Positions 9,791-16,919 of a DNA stretch of 64,000 nt are shown one piece after another. The stretch lies in NCBI GenBank assembly GCA_964608995.1, contig CAZSQS010000007.1, positions 7,843 through 71,842 of the forward strand, in the 5' to 3' direction. The DNA is from an uncultured Smithella sp. GTDB taxonomy: Bacteria; Desulfobacterota; Syntrophia; Syntrophales; Smithellaceae. The notes under the pieces were generated by a model. That model was not told where the DNA came from. It searched no databases and saw only the letters and a list, made by a program, of their open reading frames with translations. The number at the start of each line of letters is the position of its first letter. Positions within the stretch are counted from its first letter, which is position 1. A program made the translations under genes and the position numbers.

Positions 9791-9927
9791 CTCAACCTCT
9801 TTTTCAACGGCCTGGCCTGTATCCCTCTTGCGTCAGGCGGGCGCAACTTATAGAAGGATAAGCGTTGCAGGTCAAGACTAAAAATGGTAATACCCCGCCA
9901 AATGAATGAACAGGACATGAAAAATCC

Positions 9928-10329
9928 ATGAAAGTAATCGACGAAATTGTTTTGCCCAACGGTCTGATCCTCACCGTGACGGACAAATCCCGCTCCATCG
10001 CCGCCGATACCACAAAAGTCGAACTGGTTTTCCAGATGAAAATCGAGGTGACACAATCGCTTCTACCGTCTGCGGCAGATTTTGAAACCCTGGTCAATAT
10101 TTTTGGAAACCAGCTGACCTACGAACACATTTTGGAGCGAACCTTCGTCCACGATAAAAACGAAGACACCGTGCGAAACGAGCTTCTCGACACGTTTAAA
10201 AAGAATTCTCTGACGTATCTGTCCTCGCCGAATTTTGCCCAAAAAATGGCACTGGCCACCCTTCGCGACATTAAAAACAATCCCTTCAAGTATTCAACGC
10301 CGCCCCGAATGCCGGAAGAAGAATTCTAG
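9928..10329 (+). CDS. Hypothetical protein
   Basis: 133-aa ORF, divergent from 8969-9790. No recognisable motif. Coding is inferred only from ORF length and the absence of a competing gene. Confidence 0.4.
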   Translation: MKVIDEIVLPNGLILTVTDKSRSIAADTTKVELVFQMKIEVTQSLLPSAADFETLVNIFGNQLTYEHILERTFVHDKNEDTVRNELLDTFKKNSLTYLSSPNFAQKMALATLRDIKNNPFKYSTPPRMPEEEF

Positions 10330-10364
10330 GCGAGCCTTACACGCACAACAAAAGAAAAGGAATC

Positions 10365-12842
10365 ATGACACAAACTATTGCCGATGCCTTGTTGCATTTA
10401 GCTGAAAAACCGAGCCGCTATATCGGCACGGAAGTCTCTGCCGCGCGCAAATCCGCAGCGGATTTACGTTTTTTACTGGCCTTCCCCGACACCTATGAAG
10501 TGGGCATGTCGCATCTGGGCCTGCAAATTCTCTATGCCGTGCTCAACGCGCGCGAAGGCGTCTGGGCCGAGCGCTCATTTGCCCCTTGGCCGGATCGCGA
10601 AGCCCTGCTTCGCGAGCGCGGCTTGCCGCTGACCTCGCTGGAATCCGGCTCACCGCTTTCGCAGTTTGATCTGGTTGGTTTTTCACTGCAATATGAACTC
10701 TCTTACACCAATGTGCTCAATATGCTGGATTTGGGCGGCGTGGCGATTCGATCCGCCGACCGACGCGAAACGGATCCGCTTATTCTGGCGGGCGGCCCCT
10801 GCGCTTTTAATCCCGCGCCACTTTCGGCTTTCATCGATGCCTTTGTCATCGGCGAGGGGGAACAAGCCATCCTGGAAATTGCCGAGAGCGTCATCGAGTG
10901 CAAAAAGCAAACGCTTTCCCGGCGTGCCGCGCTCGAGAAGCTCGCGAGGATTCCGGGCGTCTATGTGCCCTCCCTGCATGTCCCCGGGAACGTCATCTCC
11001 AGGCGCGCGCCTGTCAATCTCAATGACTGGCCCCATCCTGTCTCGCCGGTGGTGCCGCTCATGCAAACCGTGCATGACCGCATCGTCATAGAGCTGGCCC
11101 GCGGCTGCACGCGCGGCTGCCGGTTTTGCCAGGCGGGCATGCTCTGGCGTCCGTATCGCGAACGAAACGCATCGCAAGTTCTGGAAATGGCAAAGCAGAC
11201 GCTCGGAAACACAGGACATGACGAAATCTCGCTTCTGGCGCTCAGCGCCGGCGATTACAGTTGTATTGAACCCCTGATGCAGGCGCTGATGCAAAAGCAT
11301 TCGGCTGAAAAAGTCGCGCTGGCGCTGCCGTCGCTTCGCGTGGAAACCCTGGGACAGGCGCTGATTGAGGAAATCAAGCGCACGCGCAAAACCAGTTTCA
11401 CGCTGGCGCCCGAGGCGGGAACAGACAAAATGCGCCGCATCATCAACAAGGGCAACACCGCGCAGGATCTTTTGACGTCCATCGATAAAGTCTTTGCCTC
11501 CGGGTGGAAAGCCGTCAAGCTCTACTTCATGATCGGGCTGCCCGGCGAAGATGAAAGCGATCTTGCCGGCATTGTAGATTTGAGCTACGCGGCGCTTGGC
11601 GCGGCAAAAAGGCGCGGCCAGATCACCGTGAGCCTGTCCACCTTTGTTCCCAAGCCGCACACACCGTTTCAGTGGGCCGGGCAGTTGTCTTTGGACCAAA
11701 CTAAGGAGCGGCAGAATTTCCTGCGGCAAAAAATGCACAACCGCAATCTCAACGTCAAATGGCACGACGCACGCATGAGCCTCCTGGAGGGTCTGTTTTC
11801 ACGCGGCGATGAACACATCGGCCACCTTCTGGAAATCGCATGGCGCAAGGGCTGCCGCTTTGACGGCTGGGGCGAGCTTTTGCGCTTTGATTTGTGGGAA
11901 AGCGCCATTGGCGAAGCCGGAATATCGGTTGACGACTATCTGCGGGAGCGATCCACCACCGAGCCCCTGCCTTGGGATTTTATTGACTGCGGCGTCAGCT
12001 GCGAATTTCTTATCGCCGAAAAACACAAAGCCATCGAGCAGCAAACCACGGCGGATTGCCGGTTTGATGTCTGTCAGGCCTGCGGCGTGTGTGACTTTAA
12101 AGAGATACAGAATATCTTTTCCGACAAAGACTTTGGCACGCCGCATCAGGCCCCTGTCGCACCTGCGCAGATGGCGCCCCTGCGTGAAAAAGTCTATCGA
12201 TTAAGCTTTGCCAAAACCGGCCGGTCACGATTTTTATCCCATCTGGAGCTCGCGTCGGCGCTGACGCGCGCGCTTCGACGAAGCCCCTTGCAGCTTTCCT
12301 ACTCCGAAGGCTTTCATCCGCATCCCAAAATCTCGTTTGCCACGGCCACCTCCGTGGGCATGGAAAGTTTCTCGGAATTGCTCGATATCACGGCCCGCGA
12401 GTTTCCAGGCGATCTGGCCGTGCTTCAGAAGAACATCAATGCCGCCTTGCCGGAAGGTGTTTATGTTACGGCCATTGCGCTTTTGCCTTACACCGCCCCG
12501 GACCTCGCCCGCGCGCTTAAGGGATTTTGCTATGATCTGGTCTTGCCCGCCGATACGGACGATTCGAGACTGCAAAGGCTGGATCACAGCCTGCGCGCAT
12601 TTCTGGCCGCGGACACGTATGTCATCACCCGCATGGCCAAAGGCAAATCAGTCAAGCGCGACATCCGTCCCTTTGTAAAAAGCCTCACGCTTTCGACGCC
12701 GGAAAAGAAAGTGATCGCCGAGGTCAGCCATGCGCAAAACGGCTCCGTGCGCCCGGTGGACATCATCGAACACATTATGGGATTTCCGGCCGATGCCATT
12801 CATCTTGTCACCATCGTTAAAACACACACGCTTCTGATCTGA
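10365..12842 (+). CDS. B12-binding-domain radical SAM protein fused to a DUF2344-type C-terminal domain (TIGR03960/TIGR03936-like)
   Basis: ELARGCTRGCRFCQAG matches the CxxxCxxC radical SAM motif. There is an N-terminal B12-binding-like region and a C-terminal YRLSFAKTGRSRFLSHLEL...EGFHPHPKISF segment typical of DUF2344. Confidence 0.8.
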   Translation: MTQTIADALLHLAEKPSRYIGTEVSAARKSAADLRFLLAFPDTYEVGMSHLGLQILYAVLNAREGVWAERSFAPWPDREALLRERGLPLTSLESGSPLSQFDLVGFSLQYELSYTNVLNMLDLGGVAIRSADRRETDPLILAGGPCAFNPAPLSAFIDAFVIGEGEQAILEIAESVIECKKQTLSRRAALEKLARIPGVYVPSLHVPGNVISRRAPVNLNDWPHPVSPVVPLMQTVHDRIVIELARGCTRGCRFCQAGMLWRPYRERNASQVLEMAKQTLGNTGHDEISLLALSAGDYSCIEPLMQALMQKHSAEKVALALPSLRVETLGQALIEEIKRTRKTSFTLAPEAGTDKMRRIINKGNTAQDLLTSIDKVFASGWKAVKLYFMIGLPGEDESDLAGIVDLSYAALGAAKRRGQITVSLSTFVPKPHTPFQWAGQLSLDQTKERQNFLRQKMHNRNLNVKWHDARMSLLEGLFSRGDEHIGHLLEIAWRKGCRFDGWGELLRFDLWESAIGEAGISVDDYLRERSTTEPLPWDFIDCGVSCEFLIAEKHKAIEQQTTADCRFDVCQACGVCDFKEIQNIFSDKDFGTPHQAPVAPAQMAPLREKVYRLSFAKTGRSRFLSHLELASALTRALRRSPLQLSYSEGFHPHPKISFATATSVGMESFSELLDITAREFPGDLAVLQKNINAALPEGVYVTAIALLPYTAPDLARALKGFCYDLVLPADTDDSRLQRLDHSLRAFLAADTYVITRMAKGKSVKRDIRPFVKSLTLSTPEKKVIAEVSHAQNGSVRPVDIIEHIMGFPADAIHLVTIVKTHTLLI

Positions 12843-12916
12843 CGGAACAAAAAACAGAAATAATAATCAATATATTAGCGGATTAACCGGTCATTGCCTG
12901 TATCATTGCTGTCTCA

Positions 12917-12948
12917 GTCCCGCCCATCCGAACGGGACATATCTGTCC
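12917..12948 (+). promoter_or_regulatory. Upstream inverted repeats GTCCCG-N10-CGGGAC overlapping GGACA-N4-TGTCC (candidate activator site)
   Basis: Read directly: GTCCCGCCCATCCGAACGGGACATATCTGTCC. The GGACA half-site starts exactly 100 nt upstream of the GG of the TGGCAT box at 13034. The same architecture occurs at 14615-14649. Confidence 0.45.
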
Positions 12949-13033
12949 GATAACCTGTGGGTTAGGCAGGTCATAACTGCCTGCCTCCAACCCATGTGTA
13001 TAAATATCATACACATAGAATTTCAGTGGGATA

Positions 13034-13050
13034 TGGCATAAAATTTGATT
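13034..13050 (+). promoter_or_regulatory. Sigma-54-like -24/-12 promoter candidate
   Basis: TGGCATAAAATTTGATT compared with the consensus TGGCACG-N4-TTGC. GG and the -12 TTG are spaced correctly and the -12 C is replaced by A. It lies 93 nt upstream of ATG 13128. It shares 13 of 17 positions with 14735-14751. Confidence 0.45.
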
Positions 13051-13127
13051 GCATCTTAACCATTTACGGATTCAAGCGATAGGGGCATTCATCAATAGTC
13101 GTAAAATTAAAAATTTGGAGGAGTAAA

Positions 13128-14516
13128 ATGAAAAAAAGCTTTTTAATGGTTCCCATTTTGTTATTGGCGTTTCTGATGACCGCCACATCGGGTCATGCGC
13201 AGTGGTGGTGGATATCCAGCTCCTCCTCTTCGAGTTCATCTTCGTCCAGCTCTTCTTCTTCGAGTTCGTCCGGATCAAGCTGGTGGTGGATTTCAAGTTC
13301 TTCTTCGTCTTCGTCTTCTTCGAGTTCATCGTCATCGAGCTCCAGCAGCTCTTCTTCCGGTTCTTACTCCGATCCCGGAACAGGCCCGTTTGCTTTAGTG
13401 CCGGACAATCAGGTGGCTAATGCCTGCAAGCTGGATCCCAATCTGCTCAAAACCGCCGACCGGACCATCGGCGCGCCCTATATCATTGTGCGCTACGGAA
13501 AGCTCTGCCATCAATACCTGCCCAACGGCACGGACCGCGCGGCTGAAGTTTATTCCACCACCAAATCGCTGGGCGGGGCCGTCACGGGCGCGGTTGCCTA
13601 TGAAACACGCAATATGAACCGCACCGGCCGCAAAACCGGACCGCTTTCAGACGTTGACCGTGTGGATCACTGGCTGGATCGTTTCAGTTATAATGATGAC
13701 GCCCTGATCGCCCACGTGCTGGCCATGGTGGCCCATAACCGCAGCCTGACCAACGGCCGCATGACCTATGAGTACGATACCGTCGGCTCCGTTCAGATCA
13801 ACAGCTTAAGCGATATCATCAACACGGCCATCGCGCAGGATTCCAGCCGCCTGGGCCGCAACATCGATGAATTCACAAAACGGTTTGTTTTCAATCCGTT
13901 GGGCATGACCAACTCCACCTGGTCCAACGGATCGTCCAATAAAACCTTCGCCTACACCTGGTCAACGACCATGCACGACATGGCACGTCTGGGGCTGATG
14001 ATCCTGCACCGTGGCACGTATAACGGCAAACGCGTGATGTCGGAGGGCTGGGCCTATCGCATGACGCATCCCGCTTTTGAAGAGGCCAACACCGCTTACG
14101 GCTATTTGACCTGGCTCAATTCCCGCGGTGGCGGCACGGGTCCCGGAGGCGCCGGCACGGGTACGGATGGTGATACGTGCGCGCCGGCAGCTTTATGGAA
14201 CAGCTACCCGCACTATCCGTCCACATATCCGAACTGCAAAGCCAGTCTTGGAAATAATTGCAATCAGGTCAATGACATGGGCGTCTGGAGCGCACAGGGC
14301 ATGGGCGGCCAGTTCATTGTGGGCCATCCCGGACTGGATCTCCTGATCGTTGCTAAAAATTTCAGCGGTGGCGACGGCCCCACCGGCCTTTGGAAGGCCA
14401 TTCGTCCGGCGCTGGTGGCGCTGGATCCCGTTTACAAGGGTAACGAATCGTCTTTCTGTTCGGCCTACGCCGCAACGACTTACGCGCCGGATATGCCGAC
14501 CCAGCCCAAGCCGTAG
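13128..14516 (+). CDS. Secreted beta-lactamase-fold serine hydrolase (esterase-like) with N-terminal WWW-polyserine tail
   Basis: GGAGGAG RBS. Signal peptide MKKSFLMVPILLLAFLMTATSGHA with an AxA-type cleavage site before QWWW. The tail is QWWWI-S19-GSS-WWWI-S22-G. The catalytic part has the S-x-x-K motif (YSTTKSLGG). Confidence 0.8.
   Translation: MKKSFLMVPILLLAFLMTATSGHAQWWWISSSSSSSSSSSSSSSSSSSGSSWWWISSSSSSSSSSSSSSSSSSSSSSGSYSDPGTGPFALVPDNQVANACKLDPNLLKTADRTIGAPYIIVRYGKLCHQYLPNGTDRAAEVYSTTKSLGGAVTGAVAYETRNMNRTGRKTGPLSDVDRVDHWLDRFSYNDDALIAHVLAMVAHNRSLTNGRMTYEYDTVGSVQINSLSDIINTAIAQDSSRLGRNIDEFTKRFVFNPLGMTNSTWSNGSSNKTFAYTWSTTMHDMARLGLMILHRGTYNGKRVMSEGWAYRMTHPAFEEANTAYGYLTWLNSRGGGTGPGGAGTGTDGDTCAPAALWNSYPHYPSTYPNCKASLGNNCNQVNDMGVWSAQGMGGQFIVGHPGLDLLIVAKNFSGGDGPTGLWKAIRPALVALDPVYKGNESSFCSAYAATTYAPDMPTQPKP
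13200..13361 (+). repeat. WWW-polyserine tail module (protein-level low-complexity repeat)
   Basis: Codon-by-codon reading gives CAG TGG TGG TGG ATA, 19 Ser codons, GGA TCA AGC TGG TGG TGG ATT, 22 Ser codons, then GGT. All six Ser codons are used. Confidence 0.95.
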
Positions 14517-14561
14517 CAGGCACATTACTGCATTGTTTGGAACGCACTAAAAATTCATTAA

Positions 14562-14598
14562 CCTGAGGAGGACGGGCTTTAAGCCCGCCCTCCTCAGG
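14562..14598 (+). terminator. Rho-independent terminator candidate after the first tail-bearing gene
   Basis: CCTGAGGAGGACGGGC / GCCCGCCCTCCTCAGG form a 16-bp stem with one mismatch and a 5-nt loop, followed by TATTTACATTTTT. Confidence 0.6.
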
Positions 14599-14614
14599 TA
14601 TTTACATTTTTCTT

Positions 14615-14649
14615 GTCCCGTAGCGTCCCATCGCGGGACAAATATGTCC
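14615..14649 (+). promoter_or_regulatory. Second copy of the GTCCCG...CGGGAC / GGACA-N4-TGTCC upstream inverted repeats
   Basis: GTCCCGTAGCGTCCCATCGCGGGACAAATATGTCC. The GGACA at 14636 is exactly 100 nt upstream of the GG at 14736. Confidence 0.45.
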
Positions 14650-14734
14650 GACCATCTGATGGCCACATCAGGCACGTTCACCTTATAAATCAATATCACT
14701 TAACAATACAATAGTTTACAAACCATGTGCCTCA

Positions 14735-14751
14735 TGGCACAGATATTGATT
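14735..14751 (+). promoter_or_regulatory. Sigma-54-like -24/-12 promoter candidate
   Basis: TGGCACAGATATTGATT has a perfect TGGCAC -24 box and TTGA at the -12 position. It lies 99 nt upstream of ATG 14835. Confidence 0.5.
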
Positions 14752-14834
14752 GTTGATGTGTGCCACAAAGAGATGCGCCGTAAATGGATTTTCGGCGGAA
14801 AATTAAAAAAAACAAACAGCGCGGAGGGGAAAAG

Positions 14835-15773
14835 ATGAAAAAGTTTTTATTTATAGTTCCAATTCTGTTTTTGGCATTTCTGATTGCCTCATCAAACGGT
14901 TACGCCCAGTGGTGGTGGTTCTCCAGTTCATCATCTTCCAGTTCAAGTTCGTCTTCCTCAAGTTCAAGTTCAAGTTCAGGTTCAACGTGGTGGTGGATTT
15001 CCAGTTCATCATCTTCCAGTTCGTCGTCCAGTTCTTCATCCTCTTCATCCTCAGGAGCCACAGGTTCAGTTGAAGCCAGAATTGAAGCGGGTGGAACCAT
15101 CCCGGCGGGAACCTACACGCTGACCCGGAAAATTTCCATCTCAAAAAGCGGACTGACCATCACGGCCAACAATGTCATTCTTGACGCGAAAAACTTAACC
15201 GACACGTCCTCGGGCGACGCCATCACCATCAGTGGCAGCAATAACAAGCTCATCGGCATCACCGTCAAGAATGCCGGACATAACGGCATATTAATCAAAG
15301 GCAACGGCAACACCCTCCAGAACTGCATCACGCATTCCAATAAGAACACAGGGATAAACATCAAGGGCAGCGCGGCCAACAACCTCATCACCGGCTGTAA
15401 ATCCTATAACAATTACGACACGCATACCTCCGGTGAAAATGCCGACGGCTTTGGCGTGAAGGATTGCACCGGCAGCGGCAATAAATTTGAAAACTGCGAA
15501 GCCTGGGATAATTCAGACGATGGCTGGGATTTCTGGGGCACGACGGGCGCCGTAACCGTCATCGGTTGTTATGCGCACGATAATGGAAGAGGTTCAGCCG
15601 GAGACGGCAATGGCTTCAAGCTGGGTGAAAGCGGCGTTTGCGGCAGGCATTATTTGAAAGATTGCACCGCCAAGAACAATCTCGCCTGCGGTTTTACGAA
15701 AAATGGCAACACCTGCACAATCACCTATGTCAATTGCGTCAGCAGCAATAACGGAAAGGTGGACAAACGGTAG
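14835..15773 (+). CDS. Secreted right-handed parallel beta-helix protein, pectate-lyase-like (PL9-like by motif) with N-terminal WWW-polyserine tail
   Basis: GGAGGGGAAAAG precedes ATG 14835, and the track start at 14784 lacks an RBS. Signal peptide MKKFLFIVPILFLAFLIASSNGYA precedes QWWWF-S19-GST-WWWI-S18. Repeated beta-helix turns (NNKLIGITVKNAGHNGILIKGNGNTLQNC...), GENADGFGVKD and DNSDDGWDFWG. Confidence 0.75.
   Translation: MKKFLFIVPILFLAFLIASSNGYAQWWWFSSSSSSSSSSSSSSSSSSSGSTWWWISSSSSSSSSSSSSSSSSSGATGSVEARIEAGGTIPAGTYTLTRKISISKSGLTITANNVILDAKNLTDTSSGDAITISGSNNKLIGITVKNAGHNGILIKGNGNTLQNCITHSNKNTGINIKGSAANNLITGCKSYNNYDTHTSGENADGFGVKDCTGSGNKFENCEAWDNSDDGWDFWGTTGAVTVIGCYAHDNGRGSAGDGNGFKLGESGVCGRHYLKDCTAKNNLACGFTKNGNTCTITYVNCVSSNNGKVDKR
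14907..15053 (+). repeat. WWW-polyserine tail module
   Basis: QWWWF, 19 Ser codons, GGT TCA ACG TGG TGG TGG ATT, 18 Ser codons, then GGA. Confidence 0.95.
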
Positions 15774-15903
15774 TTTTTTGTCGGATCAGAAAAAGGCGGC
15801 TATTTGAAAAAAGGCAGGTACCAAAAGGCTTCGGCGGATCAAATGAGACAAAGCCGTTTATTGCCGGAGCAAATATAAATCAGTTTTAAAGGGAGGGGAA
15901 AAG

Positions 15904-16710
15904 ATGAAAAAGTATTTATGGATGATTCCGGTTTTGTTTTTGGCATTCCTGATTGCCTCATCAAACGGTTATGCCCAGTGGTGGTGGTTCTCCAGCTCAT
16001 CATCTTCCAGTTCAAGTTCGTCTTCCTCAAGCTCAAGTTCAGGCTCAACCTGGTGGTGGATTTCCAGTTCCTCATCCTCCAGCTCATCCTCTTCCAGTTC
16101 GTCTTCGTCAAGCTCTTCGTCTTCAGGATCGGGTGGAACGATGACGATTACCAGCACGATTATCGTTAAAGCGGGGGCCACCTATGACGGCAAGGGCGTC
16201 ACCATCAAGGCCGTGGGGCTTGGCGACGGCAGTCAGGACGAAAATCAGAAACCCATTTTTCGGCTCGAAAACGGCGCAACGCTTAAAAACGTCAACATCG
16301 CCGCGCCCGGCGCAGACGGTGTGCATTGCTACGGCGGCTGCACCGTCACCAACGTGGTCTGGCAGGATGTGGGCGAGGATGCCCTGACGATTAAATCCTC
16401 CGGAACGGTCACAATCAATAATTGTAAATTTTACAAAGCCACCGACAAGGTCATTCAGGTCAACGCTGCAAGCACCCTGTATGTCAACAACAGTTCCGCC
16501 GACACCATGGGCAAATTTATTCGCCAGAATGGCGGAACGACGTTCACCTGCACATGGTATTTAAACGGCGTGAACATTAAAAATGCCTCGGAATGCATCG
16601 CGCGAACGGACAGCTCGACCACGAAACTTTATTACAGAAACCTGACCTACTCCAACGTCGGCACCTTGTGGAAGTTCCCCAATGCCGGCAGCCAGGTCAA
16701 ACCCTACTAG
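15904..16710 (+). CDS. Secreted pectate lyase, PL3-type, with N-terminal WWW-polyserine tail
   Basis: Same RBS string GGAGGGGAAAAG. Signal peptide MKKYLWMIPVLFLAFLIASSNGYA precedes QWWWF-S17-GST-WWWI-S21. The catalytic part (GDGSQDENQKPIFRLENGATLKNVNIAAPGADGVHCYGGCTVTNVVWQDVGEDALTIKSSG...FIRQNGGTTF) closely resembles Bacillus/Fusarium PL3 pectate lyases as I remember them. Confidence 0.85.
   Translation: MKKYLWMIPVLFLAFLIASSNGYAQWWWFSSSSSSSSSSSSSSSSSGSTWWWISSSSSSSSSSSSSSSSSSSSSGSGGTMTITSTIIVKAGATYDGKGVTIKAVGLGDGSQDENQKPIFRLENGATLKNVNIAAPGADGVHCYGGCTVTNVVWQDVGEDALTIKSSGTVTINNCKFYKATDKVIQVNAASTLYVNNSSADTMGKFIRQNGGTTFTCTWYLNGVNIKNASECIARTDSSTTKLYYRNLTYSNVGTLWKFPNAGSQVKPY
15976..16125 (+). repeat. 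WWW-polyserine tail module
   Basis: QWWWF, 17 Ser codons, GGC TCA ACC TGG TGG TGG ATT, 21 Ser codons, then GGA. Confidence 0.95.
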
Positions 16711-16919
16711 TCTGCGTTCAAGGCTGGTCTGGTTTATTTTTTTTCGACAAAGATGAGAAACACCGACATGCTCTTCCAGGGAAGGAAGATCAGGGCGCCC
16801 CAAGTCCATGAAAGGGTGCGGGGCGCCTAAACCTGGTCATACCCGATACCATCGGAAACCGCCATATCGGCCTTTGGACCATTGACATGAAAGCCGGATG
16901 AGTCCGCACGGAGGGGAAA

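Noticed and set aside
10683-11765. Several long shadow ORFs lie antisense to confident genes: the 360-aa ORF here, plus 57653-58621, 31415-32233, 49551-50414, 17583-18221, 43999-44688 and 25312-25842.
   Set aside because: They are typical of GC-rich coding regions. They are Arg/Gly/Ala/His-rich with no motifs and no RBS. Each lies fully inside a gene with strong family signatures on the other strand.
10365-12842. The radical SAM gene directly upstream of the tail-bearing genes might be a maturase acting on the Trp/Ser tails.
   Set aside because: Its architecture (B12-like N terminus plus DUF2344-type C terminus) is that of a broadly conserved housekeeping-type fusion. It is separated from gene 1 by 285 nt containing a separate promoter-like region. 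Nothing in the sequence links it to the tails. The link cannot be fully excluded without co-occurrence analysis.
12994-13016. Palindromes containing CCATGTG (ATGTGTAT-N7-ATACACAT here, and TGTGCC-N4-GGCACA at 14726-14741) as a second shared operator upstream of genes 1 and 2.
   Set aside because: Their positions relative to the -24 box differ (about 42 nt versus 12 nt upstream of the GG). The second one is largely the TGGCAC box itself, so it is not a convincingly conserved element.
14784-14834. The track start of gene 2 at 14784 (MDFRRKIKKNKQRGGEK...).
   Set aside because: ATG 14835 is preceded by the conserved GGAGGGGAAAAG RBS shared with gene 3, and it yields a canonical signal peptide. 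The extension would bury that signal peptide.
14900-15100. Antisense ORFs opposite every polyserine tract encode striking acidic repeats with His triplets (for example EDEEDEELDDELEDDELEIHHH). They are also seen at 15969-16181, 19524-19760 and 13072-13335.
   Set aside because: They are the mirror image of Ser codons (TCN/AGY) and TGGTGGTGG. They lack an RBS and end at the borders of the low-complexity tract. The sense frames have an RBS, signal peptides and recognisable catalytic domains. The same applies to the +2-frame ORFs such as 13195-13398, 14884-15123 and 16987-17223.
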